A DNA stretch of 47,075 nt from Cladosporium halotolerans (GCF_011745625.1 NW_027191456.1:1116001-1163075), one strand, 5' to 3'; shown: positions 32,918 through 45,761, counted from the stretch's first letter. The notes: generated from the letters alone by a model not told the origin. A program made the numbers and translations.

Positions 32918-34013
32918 ATGTTCGGGTTCATAGCAGATATCATCACGTACGCTTCTGAATACGCAGCTCACTTGCTCACCGTTCCTCTCGAACTAACCCA
33001 TCTCTTCAAGCTCCGTCGTCTCAATTCTCTTCCCAATCTTCGCCTCCTACAAAGCCATACAGACTGGTGATCCTGCAAATCTCGCACCATGGCTTATGTA
33101 CTGGACCACCCTCTCCATATTCCTTCTCGTTGAATCGCACTTCTACTTCATCCTCTACTGGGTGCCCTTCTATTCCTGGATGCGCCTCGGCGTGCACCTC
33201 TACCTCGTCATGCCCGGCAAGCAAGGCTCCGTCTACATCTACCAGACCTACGTTCACCCGTGGCTCCAAGGTCACGAGCGCCAAATCGACAACTTGATAT
33301 CCGAAGCCCATGACAAGGGCAAAGCCGCCGGCCTCGACGTTATTCAGGCTTCCATCGAGTACATCCGCGTCCACTTCCTCGGCCAGGCCCCGCACCAGCC
33401 TCCGCCGCCCCAGGCCCAGGGCCTCTCCTACTCCGCCTCCCTCCTCAACCGCTTCAACATGCCCTCCGCTCGCTCCGGCCTCGCAGCTGCGGGCTCCACG
33501 GATCTCTTCTCCATGCTCGGCAAAGCCATGCAGCAGTCCACCTACCCCACCTCCACCTCTCGCGACGCTCAGGCCGCCGACCTCCAAAGCAGCGGATTCA
33601 TCCCACCATCTCTCTCCGGCGCCGAGCGTACTGACTTCGTCAACACCCAGCGAGATCGCCTGCGCACCCTCCTTCAGGCTTTCGACCGTGAAGCCGAGCC
33701 CTCAGCCACCTCCTCCGCCATGCCCCCTCCGCCCACGCCCCGCAGCACCAGCGGCCGCAAATCCTACCTCTCCTCTCCCGATCCGCAGCACGAGTACAAT
33801 ATGCACAAGTCGCGCTCCGAGTCCGAATTTGAGGACCTTGCGTACGAGCCTATGCCGGACCCTGATCAGTTCCGTCCGCCCCCGCCAGTGGACGTGCGAC
33901 GAGGGGAGAGGAGGAGGAGCAAAGAGGGTGGCAGCGGTGGCGGATGGAGTAATTGGGTCTGGGGCAACTATGGAGAGCAGGATAGCGCGGTTGGTTCGCG
34001 AAAGGATATGTAG
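32918..34013 (+). CDS. TB2/DP1/HVA22 (REEP/Yop1-like) membrane protein (exons 32918-32946, 33011-34013)
   Basis: MFGFIADIITSVVSILFPIFASYKAI..PWLMYW..WVPFYSWMR..PGKQGSVYIY..VHPWL; GTACGC..CTAAC..AAG intron. Confidence 0.9.
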
Positions 34014-34556
34014 GGCGCTTCTCCATTTTTCCTGTTCTCTCGCACCTTGATTCCAGCTGGAGGCGGCGTTACTCGGTGTTGGGTTCCTCTTTTGTCTTTG
34101 CCCTTTTTTGACGCGTGTGCAGGTCCAGGGAGCTCAAGCGCACGAACGTGCGGAGCATGGCGTCCCGGTACGAGAATTTTTGATCAAGAAAGAGACACGC
34201 ACGAGTGGGTGCACATGACACTAGCGTGCAATAATCAGCACTACCTTAGACGCTTCAAACTCGCGCCCATGATTACAGGGACGACCCGAATGGCTATCTG
34301 CTGCAATGTGAGCAAGGTGCCACGTCGTGGCAGAAACAACGGTGAGACCAACGAACATAGGTTCATAAACAGTTACGGTAGCTTCTTCGTTACCCCCTCC
34401 ATTGCTGTAGACCTTGCTACGGACCACGCAAGGCGGCCATTCCCGGGGTCCTTTCCCATACCTACCAGCGCCAACGCTTCCCAAGCATATCTCAAACTAA
34501 ACATCCATCGCAAAATTCGCTGAGCACTGCAACCAGATCAGATCCACCTTGAAACT

Positions 34557-36352
34557 TCAACCCAGTCCCTCCGCCAATCCCTCCCCGATCTCCCTTTCCC
34601 ACTCTCGCTCCCGATAACTCACCGGCGTATGGTGGTCATCCTCAGGCCCGTCCCGACTTCTGTCGCTGGTGCCAGAGAAACTGGCGCTGACCGCGTCGCT
34701 TTGCCCACCACTCTTCGAAGTCGTCCGCCGTCGAGGTCCAGCTCCGCCGCCTCCGCCAAACCAGCCTTTCGACTTGCCACTGCGCTGAGAAGTAGTCGAC
34801 GTCGACGCAGCATCTGCTTTATCATCGGGTGTCGATGGTAAGACCTCAACCAACTCCGCATCCCGCACCCACTTCCGTCGCCGGGTGTAACGCCCCCAAC
34901 CATCAACTTTGCGTCCATCGCCCCATTTGTTGTCATAGTACGTCCAGCCGCTCGAGTCGCCTCCGCCGCCTCCGCCAATCCGCTTGGCGCTTTTCTCGCC
35001 ATCGATCACGGCCGCACCTTCCACTGCCCAGCTGCTGCCGGGGACCCAGCGCCAGCGTGTTGCGGAGTGTTCCGTTGAGGGGAGAGTGAATTGCTCCGGG
35101 GTAGGGGTTGTGTTCAGGTGCTCGTCGGTCCAGGCTTGGCGTTCGTAGGAGAGGAGAGACGCGGTCCAGCCGAGGCCGAGCCAGCGGCGCTGGTTTTCGT
35201 AGAGCGTGAACGTGAAGCGGACGCCGGGGCTGGAAGTGGATGTCGCTGGCTTGTTGGGCTGCGGAGTCGCCGTGGCGGTTGTGGCTGTTGGGACGTTTGG
35301 TGAACTGGTGGAGGGCTTGGGGAAGTCGAGTCCAGTTATCAGGGACGTCAGAGAACGTACGGCATGGCTGCGCCAGAGGATTGTGCGTGACACGCGCGCC
35401 GGCCGGCTGTGCCAGGACAGGATAAGAGTACCCCACGCGAGGACTATGCGTTGAGTCGTGAGGATGCGGAGGGGCGGGAGGGTGAAGATGAACCAGAGGG
35501 GTGTGAAGAGGAGAATCCGGATGAAGAGGGTCGTCAGGGCGGGTCGAGTGGTTGCGGCGGTAGCAGTGGTTTGAGTGCTGAGGAAATCCGTGAGCCGTAG
35601 TAGTGGGTCTAGCAGAATGTTGCAGCGAGCTGTGAAGGTTTGCAGCGTATCGAGGATCTCGTCCAGACTCTTCCTTTGCTTGAGCTCATCGGAGCTACCG
35701 CGTTTGTGTGCTTTCTTTTTCTGCTTCTCTCCCGTCAAGACCGAGCTCGAGAGCGGGCTGTATCGCCTTGTATACATTCCAAAAGTGAGCAATGCGACTA
35801 GCACGAGCGGTCCAGCGTATCGGAGCACCGTATTCCCGTACAATACCACGAACCAAAAAGATGCGACCAACAGGAAGCTCTCCCAAGGGTCGCCGGTCGT
35901 CCATGAGAGCAGTCCAACAAAATGATTGAGCGGGAGGATGAAGGAATGGCTGTATGCCAACGCGCGGGTGACTTGGGGCGGGGTGGCCAGTAGCAGGGGC
36001 GACTTCTGGTGGATCAAGACGCTGGCTCTGCTCCTATTATTGGATTCTCCATTCGATACTGGAGCAAAGGCGGCTACGGTGGGGTTCGGGTCGCCGAAGC
36101 GGGCGTCGTTGTCGCTGCCCTGGCCAGGCGCATAGTCGCGGGCGTTGTCGGTCATGGAGGACATCCAAGGCGTGTCTGCGAGGCGGGTCTTGATTAGCCG
36201 TCGGATCTTCTTAGTTTTGGAGCGCTTCATCGTGGCCGGCGTGTCTGCGGTCCGCACCGGCCACGGTGATGTGGGTATGTGCAACGGGTTGCAGGCCATG
36301 CTGGGCCGGGAGAGGGTGGTTTGGTTTGCTTGCACTCACCAAGAGCAGCCAT
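34557..36352 (-). CDS. Pex23/Pex30-family peroxin (Pex24p/reticulon-like domain plus dysferlin domain) (exons 36352-36340, 36175-34557)
   Basis: LLSWTTGDPWESFL, FTLYENQRRWLGLGWT..ERQAWTDE, WTYYDNKW..WGRYTRRRKWVRDAE; GTGAGT..GCTAAT..CAG intron gives MAALDTPW. Confidence 0.9.
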
Positions 36353-36751
36353 CAAACAGCCATGTCACGCTTGTCTTCCTCGCGTGGCCAGCAAGCACAG
36401 CAGTCGCGGGCGCGACAGGCGGGCACATGTAGGTACGAGGAGTGGGCGTGCTGCCGTTGGCGGTCACGCTGCCTGCTCCGGCTCAGACAATCCTCACAGC
36501 CGATGACGATGCCACCGCGGGGATTGGCATGTGAAGGGCAAGGCCGCAAGGCTGAAGCGTCGAAGGGCAAGTCGCCCGAGCCAGGGTGTCAGGCTGCCAG
36601 GCACGAGATCTGGCTGCCTCAGGCTAGTCGGAGACGATCGCTGGCTTTCGCCGACGCTCGCATAACTTTTGGGGGATGGCGAGGCCCAGCGGCGCATTTG
36701 TTCGCATGCGCTGACTCTCCCATCTCCTTCACTCTGTCCTCTCCGCGCATC

Positions 36752-37275
36752 ATGGTCAGTCCAGCCGCCTGTTCTCGCTGCATCGCCGGCATCGGTACTG
36801 ACATTTCCTAGGCCCACCGCATCATCACCCAGGTCGTCTTCACAGGCGCCCGTGTCGTCGGGAGAGCGTTCGCAGAGGCATACAAGCAGGCCTCAGCATC
36901 GCAAGTATGGCACCGCTCGCTTCGTCCACTCCGACGTGCCGGACTCTGACAATCTCACAGAAATACGCCGCTGCCGCCCAGAACGGCTCCGCCTCCAACT
37001 CCCTCTCTTCCTCCGGGCTCACACTCGAAGAGGCGTGCAAGATCCTCAACGTCTCCCCTCCTAAGGCGGGCGAAGCCAATCTCGGTGTCGTCCATGAACG
37101 TTTCAAGCGACTATTCGACATGAACGACCCTAAAAAAGGCGGTTCCTTCTATCTGCAAAGCAAAGTGTTGCGGGCTCGCGAGCGGATAGAAATGGAGGTA
37201 CGTGAGCGTCAAGCGCATGCTGAGCGAGAGGAAATGCTCAGAGACGGTTGGAAACCGCGTCTGTACAAAGATTGA
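36752..37275 (+). CDS. PAM16: Mitochondrial import motor subunit Pam16/Tim16 (exons 36752-36754, 36812-36904, 36961-37275)
   Basis: M|AHRIITQVVFTGARVVGRAFAEAYKQA; J-like domain LTLEEACKILNV..FDMNDPKKGGSFYLQSKVLRARERIE. Confidence 0.95.
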
Positions 37276-38143
37276 TGGCAAAGGGTATGTGCTGACGAGT
37301 CTCCCACCACTAGTCGCACAGGTTGGCTAAGCAGGCGAAGGATGCGGCTCCTTGATCGAGTCCACGACGATGATTGTCCCGATATCGAACTCTGCGCGCG
37401 CCACCTCCTCCACACCACGATGACGCGACGTCTCGTCCTGCCATATGCGCAGAATCTGGACTTGTACATATCACACTCCCCTGGGGCATTCTGGGATCTT
37501 TTAGCGCGGCGTTTACATCATCTGCATTTGCGGCGGGCGTTCTTCTTGAGCAACGCATGGCTCGGCGAGAGCCACTGCGCAAAGCATCTTTGAACCACAT
37601 CACTCTCCGCTCTCTGACACGCGCCTTCGAGAGCACTCTACAATTCGTCGCGGCCTACGGCGCACCGGCGGCCGGGTTTGGAGGGCACATATCGCGAAAG
37701 AGCAAAGAGATTCACATGTACGACCAAGAGAACGAAGGTAAACTGTACGATATAAATTTCGAAATCATTCTATTACTTCCATGTTTTGATGCACTCGATA
37801 AAATGGTGGCCTATCAAGAAAGGCCGGGCCATGCAAACCACCGATCCGCTACCCAAAGTCCGAAGCCAAGCCCGCAACAGCCGCTCGAGCGGCGGCCGAG
37901 GTATGACGGTGATCGACAACTGTGAGCTCCATGCGACGAACGTCTGCATGTACGTGCAATCTCTCGATGCATACTGCACGAAGTGCGTTACTTCTTCAAT
38001 CTACCTCAACGATATCAAAACCCATTTACAACTTCTCATCCAGCACGTGTCAACCGCCGCCGCTGAGACCAACTCGTGAAGCTCGCTCATCTGCGTTGTC
38101 CGATCGGCCGTCGATTGCCACAGACCTTGTCAATACAGAAAAT

Positions 38144-38739
38144 ATGTCCGCTACAAACTCTCTCCCCACTCTCTCGCTCGAAGCAGCCAAAGTCGCTGCT
38201 GAGGCTGCGCAAGAAAAGGCTAAGCAAATGGGAATCGGTACGCTTCTCCATCAATCTTCTAACCTTGTCTTCAACCATCCCGTTTATTTACTTCAGCACT
38301 TGCCTCTCAACGATACAAACAAAACATGGAACGTTGAATTCGGGAAGCTGATGAGTCTCTAGACTTCAACATTGCTCTGGTAGACAGCACAACGCACTTG
38401 CTGCACTTCATCCGCATGCCCGCCGCGAAGCTCACTAGCATTCAAACCGCTATCGACAAGGCTTTCACTGCCGCCGGCCACCGTGTGCCCACTTCAACTT
38501 ACACAAACTCTCCTGCGGCTAAGAATTTTCAGCCGGGCGGCCCGGCATATGGTATTCACAATACTAATGGCGGAAGATTTTGTATTGTAGGCGGCGGATT
38601 GCCGATTGAGGTTGATGGGCGCATTGTCGGGGCGATTGGTGTCAGTACGGGGACGCCGGGTCAGGACGAAGAGGTTGCGAAGGCGGGCGTGGAGGCTGTG
38701 GGCCGATGGAAGGGGAGGAGAGAAGGGGCGAAGTTGTGA
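38144..38739 (+). CDS. GlcG/HbpS (DUF336) heme-binding-like protein (exons 38144-38237, 38363-38739)
   Basis: LSLEAAK..KAKQMGIDFNIALVD..LLHFIRM..SIQTAIDKAFTA..GGGLPI..IVGAIGVSTGTPGQDEEVA; GTACGC..CTGAT..TAG intron. Confidence 0.9.
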
Positions 38740-38890
38740 TTGCTGGTTTGGTCTTCGAGTGAATTGGGATTGTGAGTTGAGAAATGGGAGACAGACTGCG
38801 CGAGGCTATGTATTTTCAACTTTCTATGAGGGCGAGTCTGTGGACCGTCTATAACTTCGTGACATACTATAACTCTACTAGGCTTCATCC

Positions 38891-40374
38891 TCACATTGCA
38901 ATCAGATCGACCAAGCCCTCGCCCGCCCCGTTCTTCACTTCCATCCATCCACCCTGCTCTACGCGAATGATCTTGCCGTCCACGCAAACCCTTCTCCACC
39001 GTGCATCTTCCTCGTCAAACTCGATCCGCAGGCCCGCAATCTCCTCGTAGCCAACGCGCGGGTCGTCAACATGCTTTCCATCCTGATACGCGCGCGTCAT
39101 CAGAGCCATCGCCTCCTCGCCGCTCATCGGTCCGAAGTGCAGCAGGCGCAGTTTGCCATCTAGAGGTTTGGATGCAGGCGAGATATGGAAACCGGCTTCC
39201 AGATGCGAGACCAGCGTCGCAAGCACGTACGCGTGTTCCATGCGATCAATAGGTTGCCAAGTATTACTTGCTGGGCGCAGGACGGAGAGTTTGCCGCGGT
39301 ATGGATGCGGAAGGGAGCCGTCAGACGGGTAGAGTGCTTCTTTTGCGGCCATTTGGAAGCGCTCAGCTCCGAATTGCCGATAGTGTGCTGTGTCACTGTC
39401 CGCTACGAGGCCTGCATGCAGACCCCAGGAGCACACGACTGCGCCGTGGCAGATGGGGGAGTTGGAGTGTGAAGTGAGCTCACGCTCCTCGCGAGCTTCG
39501 TTGACGAGCAGCCGGGCGCCTGGAGAAAACCTCGCTCGGAAGAGAGGGACATCTTTGGGTGAGCCGCGGATGAGTGTTGATGCTCCGAGAGTCTTGTCTT
39601 TTGTTACGCCGGAGCTGTTGGCCATGGCGTTGCCGGTGCCAAGGGGTAAGATTGCCACGTTAGGTTTCTGGTACGTCTGAGTGTGAGGCTCTGATAGTAA
39701 CGTGTTGGCAATGTCGACGAGACCGCCGTCGCCGCTCAGCAGAACGATGGACTGAGAAACTCCGGCGTTTGCGCGTGGGAGGAAGACGGATCTGGTCAGG
39801 TCTGAGATTGTCGTTTCCGATGTCGTAAAGTGCATCTCAAATTTCTGCTCGACGTTGTCTGCAGAGACAAATTCCAAAAACGGTCGAACGAGCTGTTTCC
39901 AGACGTCGACTGCCTGTCCTGTACCGGAAGCTGTGGACACGATCACATGGAAATTGGAACCTGGACCGGGTTGACTCATTCGCGTATAAAGACATGCTTG
40001 GCCTGGGGGTTGGAAGTCATGGATGACTTGTTGAGGTGGGTTTGACGTTGCAAGCGTGCGGAATGCAATTGGCGATGCCTTCGTGTCGCCATTTGTATCG
40101 CTATCGGAAACGTAGAGGACTTGATATTGGCTGGCACCTTGCGATCTGGCTGGAAACACCGCAATGATGTGGTCGGTGCTGATATGTGACCATTCTGTGT
40201 TTGGAGCTTTGTGATGGTCAACGATGATGCCGTCGCCGTCATTCGTATCGAGGTATCATTTCACCTACACGGCACCCTCCCTTCAGCCCAGCTCAACCGG
40301 CCAACTTGGCCTTGTTCGGCGCGCTGATAGAACCACGTGACGGGTCGGCCGTCAACTTCACCCTGGGCGTCCAT
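38891..40374 (-). CDS. Diacylglycerol/sphingosine kinase catalytic-domain protein (first exon from ATG 40374; intron boundaries near 40268-40207 uncertain)
   Basis: VIVSTASGTG, LLSGDGGLVDIAN, LPLGTGNAMA, VCSWGLHA, VCVDG motifs. Confidence 0.85.
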
Positions 40375-40802
40375 GGGCTGCGAGGTGTTTGTGCCCATGG
40401 CCGAGGGGTCGAGGCAACGTTAGGGAAGTCAAGACTGACGCCATGGCAGGCGACGGTGGTGTTATCAGCTCCAGCATGCCGGCCTGCCTCTCGGCTCAGT
40501 CAGCGGAGATGGGATGTACCACGCAGATACCATCACGCCAAGACTTCTTCACGTGGAGGAGCTGGAGGGCTGGAGGGCTGCGGAGCAGACGAGCAGGGCA
40601 TTGGCCGCAGCGACCACAAGCTGACGCTGCTGCGCCAGCCTCGACCAGACCAGGGCCATATCGCACTCACCACTCCTCCACACCAACCACACCCACTCTC
40701 CACATCTCACCGTCGATATCACACCCCACCTGTCGCACCACCACCGCATGGGACATCCGGGTGTATAGCTTCAGCACAGCTCCCTACAGAATCCATGCAG
40801 CC

Positions 40803-41595
40803 ATGACGGGCTGGGGAGTCTTCTTGATCATCATCGTGTTGCTGCTTATCTTTGGCAGCGCCGGATGGATAGGGTATGTCTCTGAAACTTTCTTGCAATC
40901 GCAGCAGCAGCCTGACTTGTTCTCCGCGCAGCTACTCACACTACCGCGCCCGCCGCCTCGGTCTTCCTCCTCCCAACTTCAACCCTTTCAATCGCTCGAC
41001 ACGCGACCCGACCGCTTACCGCGCGCCTGCGCCTGCCCCTGGTGGCATCCAAGGCTGGCTCCTGGATAAATGGGACGCACTGCGCAACAGGCGCACTGCG
41101 GGCGGCGCTTACGAATCCACATCGTACGGTGCCAACCGCGGTAGAGACAGGCGCGGCTTCGGCGCGCTGGACCCCGATGAAGCATGGGACGCGCGCGTAG
41201 GCACCGAAGCCGACCATGGAGGTTACTACGAAGAGCAAGAACTGGGGCTGCAAGATCCCAATTCAGGCCCGTATGGCGGCCGTGGATACGGGGAAGTCGG
41301 CGTGGCCGGTATCCCGGAAGACAGAGGGCGCAACGTGTCTAGGCAGCGCGAGCTAGACCACAGATATGACGAAGAAGTACATGGCGCGGGACAGGCGAGG
41401 AACCCCTTCGGAGACGATAATGAGGCGGTCAGTATGCGGACGGCCAGTCCGAGGCCAATGGTCGATACTGCGCCTGGGAGGGGCAAGGACAGGGCTGTGA
41501 GCGCGCATCGCAAGGGTCAGAGCAGTTTGGGCACAACGGGGAGTGCGGACAACAGCCCTACGGAGAGGAGGAGCATGTTCAAAGAGGACGTGTGA
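40803..41595 (+). CDS. Single-pass membrane protein with disordered cytosolic tail (exons 40803-40873, 40932-41595)
   Basis: MTGWGVFLIIIVLLLIFGSAGWIG|YSHYRARRLGLPPP; LDPDEAWDARVG and NPF motifs; GTATGT..CTGAC..CAG intron. Confidence 0.8.
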
Positions 41596-41822
41596 GGGTT
41601 CGACGCTTTGGTTCGGCTTTGGTTTCTTACGAGTGTACGTGGTCTGGCCGGCGTTGGGTGAAGGCTGGCATCGAGGACGGACAGCACCATGTGTGCTTGC
41701 CTGGGCGGGGCTTGTACTTTTGTCATATTAAAATTAATTCCGTTTGTGGATCATACTTGCGAGAAAGCAGACACTTTACGACTTTATGCGCCAGGCACTC
41801 CCTGTGGCTCTCCCACGTGAAT

Positions 41823-43404
41823 CTAGATCGCTATATTTCTGTAATCCCATGGCGTCCCGACGTCATCCAAGCCGCTTGAGGATTGCTCAATGTCATTGCC
41901 ACTGGCTTGGCTGTAGATAAGTAGTGTGTCGTCTTGCGGTAGCGCCGCAATGTGCGTCCCTCCCAGCATCTCGCTCTCCACATAGATACCTTCCCCTTCG
42001 ATTTTGGAATCTCGCCCATTCCATGTCATGTTGTAAACCCATAGTCGGTTCTGTTCCAGCTTCTGCACGACGAATGTTCTGACGAAGAATGCCATTGACG
42101 AAGCAGGGTGTAAGTCATCCACCGTAACACCAGCTATGGAGCAAATGTTAGAATCATCTCAACAGAATAGAGCGAGGACAGGGTCTCTTACTCTGGTTCC
42201 AGCCTGATGGGCCTTCAACGCTTGTACTGTTTTGCCACCAAATTTCGAGCTGATTGTCAACATTCACAAATCCCACGTACTTGTAGGGACCTGCTCCCCA
42301 GCTGAAGCAGCCGACGCCCGCGGCGCCGTTGTAGCCCTCCCAGCTTCTTTGCCATTTCCACTCGTCGTCTTGGTAAAGGTACTCCTGGAAGGTTGTACTG
42401 TCCGAGGCGAACCATAAGCTCATGGGTGTGCTCGCATTTTTGCCGGCCCAGCACGCTCTCAGTCCAATCAGGTCTCCATGAAAAGCTTCCAAGTTGAGCG
42501 AGTTGAGACTGCCGTCAGTCCAGCCTGCTGATGTGTTGCCGCTGGAACGCTGCTTGACTTGATAGTTTTGGTCAATATCTGTGCCTTGCGTTAGCTAAGT
42601 CCCGGCAGACTTTGGGTAAAATTTGTAGAATTCTGGGTTGTGCTCCCTTACAAATACGTGCCATACATCGGCTCCATCCTGATTGTAGTTCACCGCAGAT
42701 ATCCCCGTGCTGTTCTTTGCATCGGACGCCACAATCTCACGGTCTTCCGGTCCTCGAAGCCACCTTGTGTTGCTCGCAAGTCGCTGCCATCTGATGTCCC
42801 CTGAATGATGTTGATAGTACATCACTAAGTTTTGTCCGTTGTCTGGCTGGTTCTCGTACTCTGGCCCCAGGGTTTGCAGGTTGTTCGCTAGTCCCGAGCC
42901 ATTCCATGCTCCACGGTCAGAATAGTATGATGCGTCCAGGGCACCGCCTATAAGAGACCGGCTCTGCACACTCGCGGATGGTGTGGGTGCAGAGGTTGCC
43001 GTCGCACTCGGACTGTCATCCGAGTTCGATGGCGAATCTCCCGAACTTAGGCCCACTCCCAGTCCTATTCCAAGACCCACCGCAAGAACAACTCCCACCG
43101 CGAGAAGTATCCAAAAACTCTTGGGTCTCAGACCGCATACCTTTCGCTTTCGCGGGCCGTCTTGTTGGGGCGTGAATGTCTCGTCCGGCTGTATCAGAGG
43201 CTCTTTGACATCTCTGTGTGGCGCCGTGGCCGCGGAATGCAACACCTCTTTCTCGGGCTGTACAACTTCTTTGCCATCTTGCCCGTCTGGTACGACTTCT
43301 AGGCCATCAGATATAAGTCTTCGCGACTCGCCTTGCGCGTGTGGATGTTGGCTGTCGGCAAGTTCATTGGTGCGCATGCTTGCCAAGGCACCCTCAGAGC
43401 TCAT
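41823..43404 (-). CDS. Type II membrane protein with fungal fucose-specific-lectin-like beta-propeller (about 3 exons; first intron phase problematic)
   Basis: RKVCGLRPKSFWILL+TM helix, S/T linker, MYYQHHSGDIRW, AKNSTGISAV, Trp-rich blade repeats; second intron 42191-42134 is frame-consistent. Confidence 0.7.
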
Positions 43405-44347
43405 TTTGGGCGGCGGGTGCGAGAGTCTGCGAAATGACTGGAGGTAGGTAGTAATTCAGGGCAGCAGGTAGTCCCATGTTACTACAAACTGCTGCGACGA
43501 AATGCGGCCCCATCGTGACACCCTCCTCCGCGAGGCGGCTGAGCGTTCAGCTTCACGCCGCTGCAACGCGAAGGATCAACCTACTGCAGGCTTCTGATTG
43601 CAGCGGCATGCGAAGCGGAAATTATTCGAGCCTGTGAACACCGGATTGGCTGAACCCGCCACAAATCGCTTGCTGGGGCGACCGGTGCTTGGGCTAAAAT
43701 AGACAACAGATCGTAAGTGGACCAGATAGCGGCCGAATCTCTAGGACATGTGTAGAGCAGTCTGATGCTATTGCGACAATATTCAATACACCTCGGAGAG
43801 TCGGTACGGGATAAAGAAGACAGAGATACGCCGTCTGTACCAATCTGTATTGTTAGGTGCCAGACAGTTCCTCATACACTAGAGTGCATCATCACCCATC
43901 CGTAAGTTTTAAGGCTTTTGAAGACTACGACACGTTCTTGCAGAGTGGATATGTTACCCTCCGCACAAGGATTCGGTCCCGATGGCCGCCGATAACGAAA
44001 GGTAGTGCCGGGTGATTTCTTTTTATCTCGGAGGATAGAGATAGCTTGCAGTAATGAGACTATTGTAGAGCCTCATGGATCTCAAATATTCGGTTGAGCG
44101 ATGGGACCTTCTCAAAAGTCTCATGAAATGCGACCTACAGCGATAGGAAAGGACATCATGCTCATGATGTCTGGAAAAGATAGCACAAAGGACTAGGAAA
44201 GTCGCCAGATCGGTGCGAAGAACTATGTACCGTGTGTCTTTGTTACTGGACGTAGAATCGTAGACAAACTAACAGCCCGCCAATGCGTCCCGCAAAGACC
44301 AATGAAATCCCATCCGCGCACTCCCGGTCACTACGCCTACTGGCTGC

Positions 44348-45761
44348 TCATTCACCGCTCTTGACCACAGCAACCTGTGATCGGACCGGAACATTGTGCT
44401 CCATCCCCGGATTGGGAAAGCCCTGTACATCCACAAATTTGCGGAAAAGCAAGCAGTGTGTACTCCCTCCAAAATGGAACATCCCAATCTCCTCGCCCTT
44501 CTGCACCCTTTGCCCCGCCGTGACCGTGGTATCGCATGTACTCACTTCTGCCATTCCCACGCCAATGAATGCCATCAACCCTATGTCCGGATTATCAGCT
44601 TCGATGAATATTATCGCCCGTGTGGCAACGGACGTCAGGTAGCCCTGTGATATAGTCTCGCCGGACTCGTCGATACTGCCTTCAGCCGCGTGCTTGGGGT
44701 CGCCGACGCCTTCAAATAGAGGTTCGGAGTAGTAAGTTCCGCCCTGCACGTACGCTTTTACTACTTTTCCGCTTACCGGTGCGTGCCAGCGATGGTAGCT
44801 CAGGGCGGATAGGAAGGCCTGGTAGACTGTTGCGCCGTCAAAGTGGTCGGCGAGCGCGTCGTGCGCGAGCATATCGCAGATCGAGTATGGTTGGCCCTTG
44901 ATCCAAAAGCGGTCGCGCAATCGAGCGTTGCGGGCCAGATTATAAGGCTTGCTTTCGCAGGCATTGGCGATGACGTTGTCGTTTTTCGGACCTGCAACGG
45001 GGCGCACACCATCTTCGAAGCGGAACGTGCGTGTGAAGAAGTCGTCCCAGGAGGTGTACCCATGGTATGGGCTCGTGGGATCGCAGTGGAACAGAGCTTC
45101 GAAACTTTGCTCTGCGCCGGACGCTGCGTTGGCAGTGAACGTGAGCTCTCTCTTACCCGACGTGCCGAACCAGCCGCTGGCTTTGTCGGCCAACGCTTGC
45201 TTCGCGGACTCTCCAGAAGTTAGGAACTCGCCCCAGGCGCTGATCATTTTCTTCAAAATGGCATTGACGTCCGGATCTAAGAAAAACGCAAAACCGCTCG
45301 GCGTCCCCATCGGCCAGTCAAGCACGGCATTAATTGGCAAACCCACCATCCCCGCTTCCTCACTCGCATCGCTCCACTGCGGCGCGGTTGTCAGAAGGTG
45401 GTTCAGTACTTCGAGCATATGCTCATAATCTCGCATCTGTTTAGTTTGGCCTGTAGGGTCGGCGTTATAAGGCTTCTTTTGCGGGATTTGCTCGAACATA
45501 GACTGGACAAGGAGATATATCCGGGTGTTGTGCTCAATAAGGTCCCTGAACTCTTGGATAACCGGATGCAGTTCCTTTGGGTTCTTGTCGACGTGGTCGA
45601 TCACGCGGCCAAGCCATGCTCGGTGTGCACGATGGTCGTTGGGCAGCCAGTCGCCGACTCTGCACGGCCTGTTAGCTACATAATTGCGAAGAGCAGCATG
45701 TATTTACTCGCCTGTGCACATAGTGCTCTTCCGGGACATGTTTCGGATTGGCCGCAGCCAT
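44348..45761 (-). CDS. Phosphatidylserine decarboxylase family protein, PSDC/PsiD-like pyruvoyl-dependent decarboxylase (exons 45761-45712, 45659-44348)
   Basis: VGLPINAVLDWPMGTPSG, SWDDFFTR, NACES, YQAFLSALSYHRWHAPV, GMAEVSTC and autocleavage motif GMFHFGGST. Confidence 0.92.

Noticed and set aside
31239..38739. Heme-handling cluster (TANGO2 plus GlcG/HbpS)
   Set aside because: Separated by unrelated housekeeping genes, and heme roles are not established for these fungal proteins.
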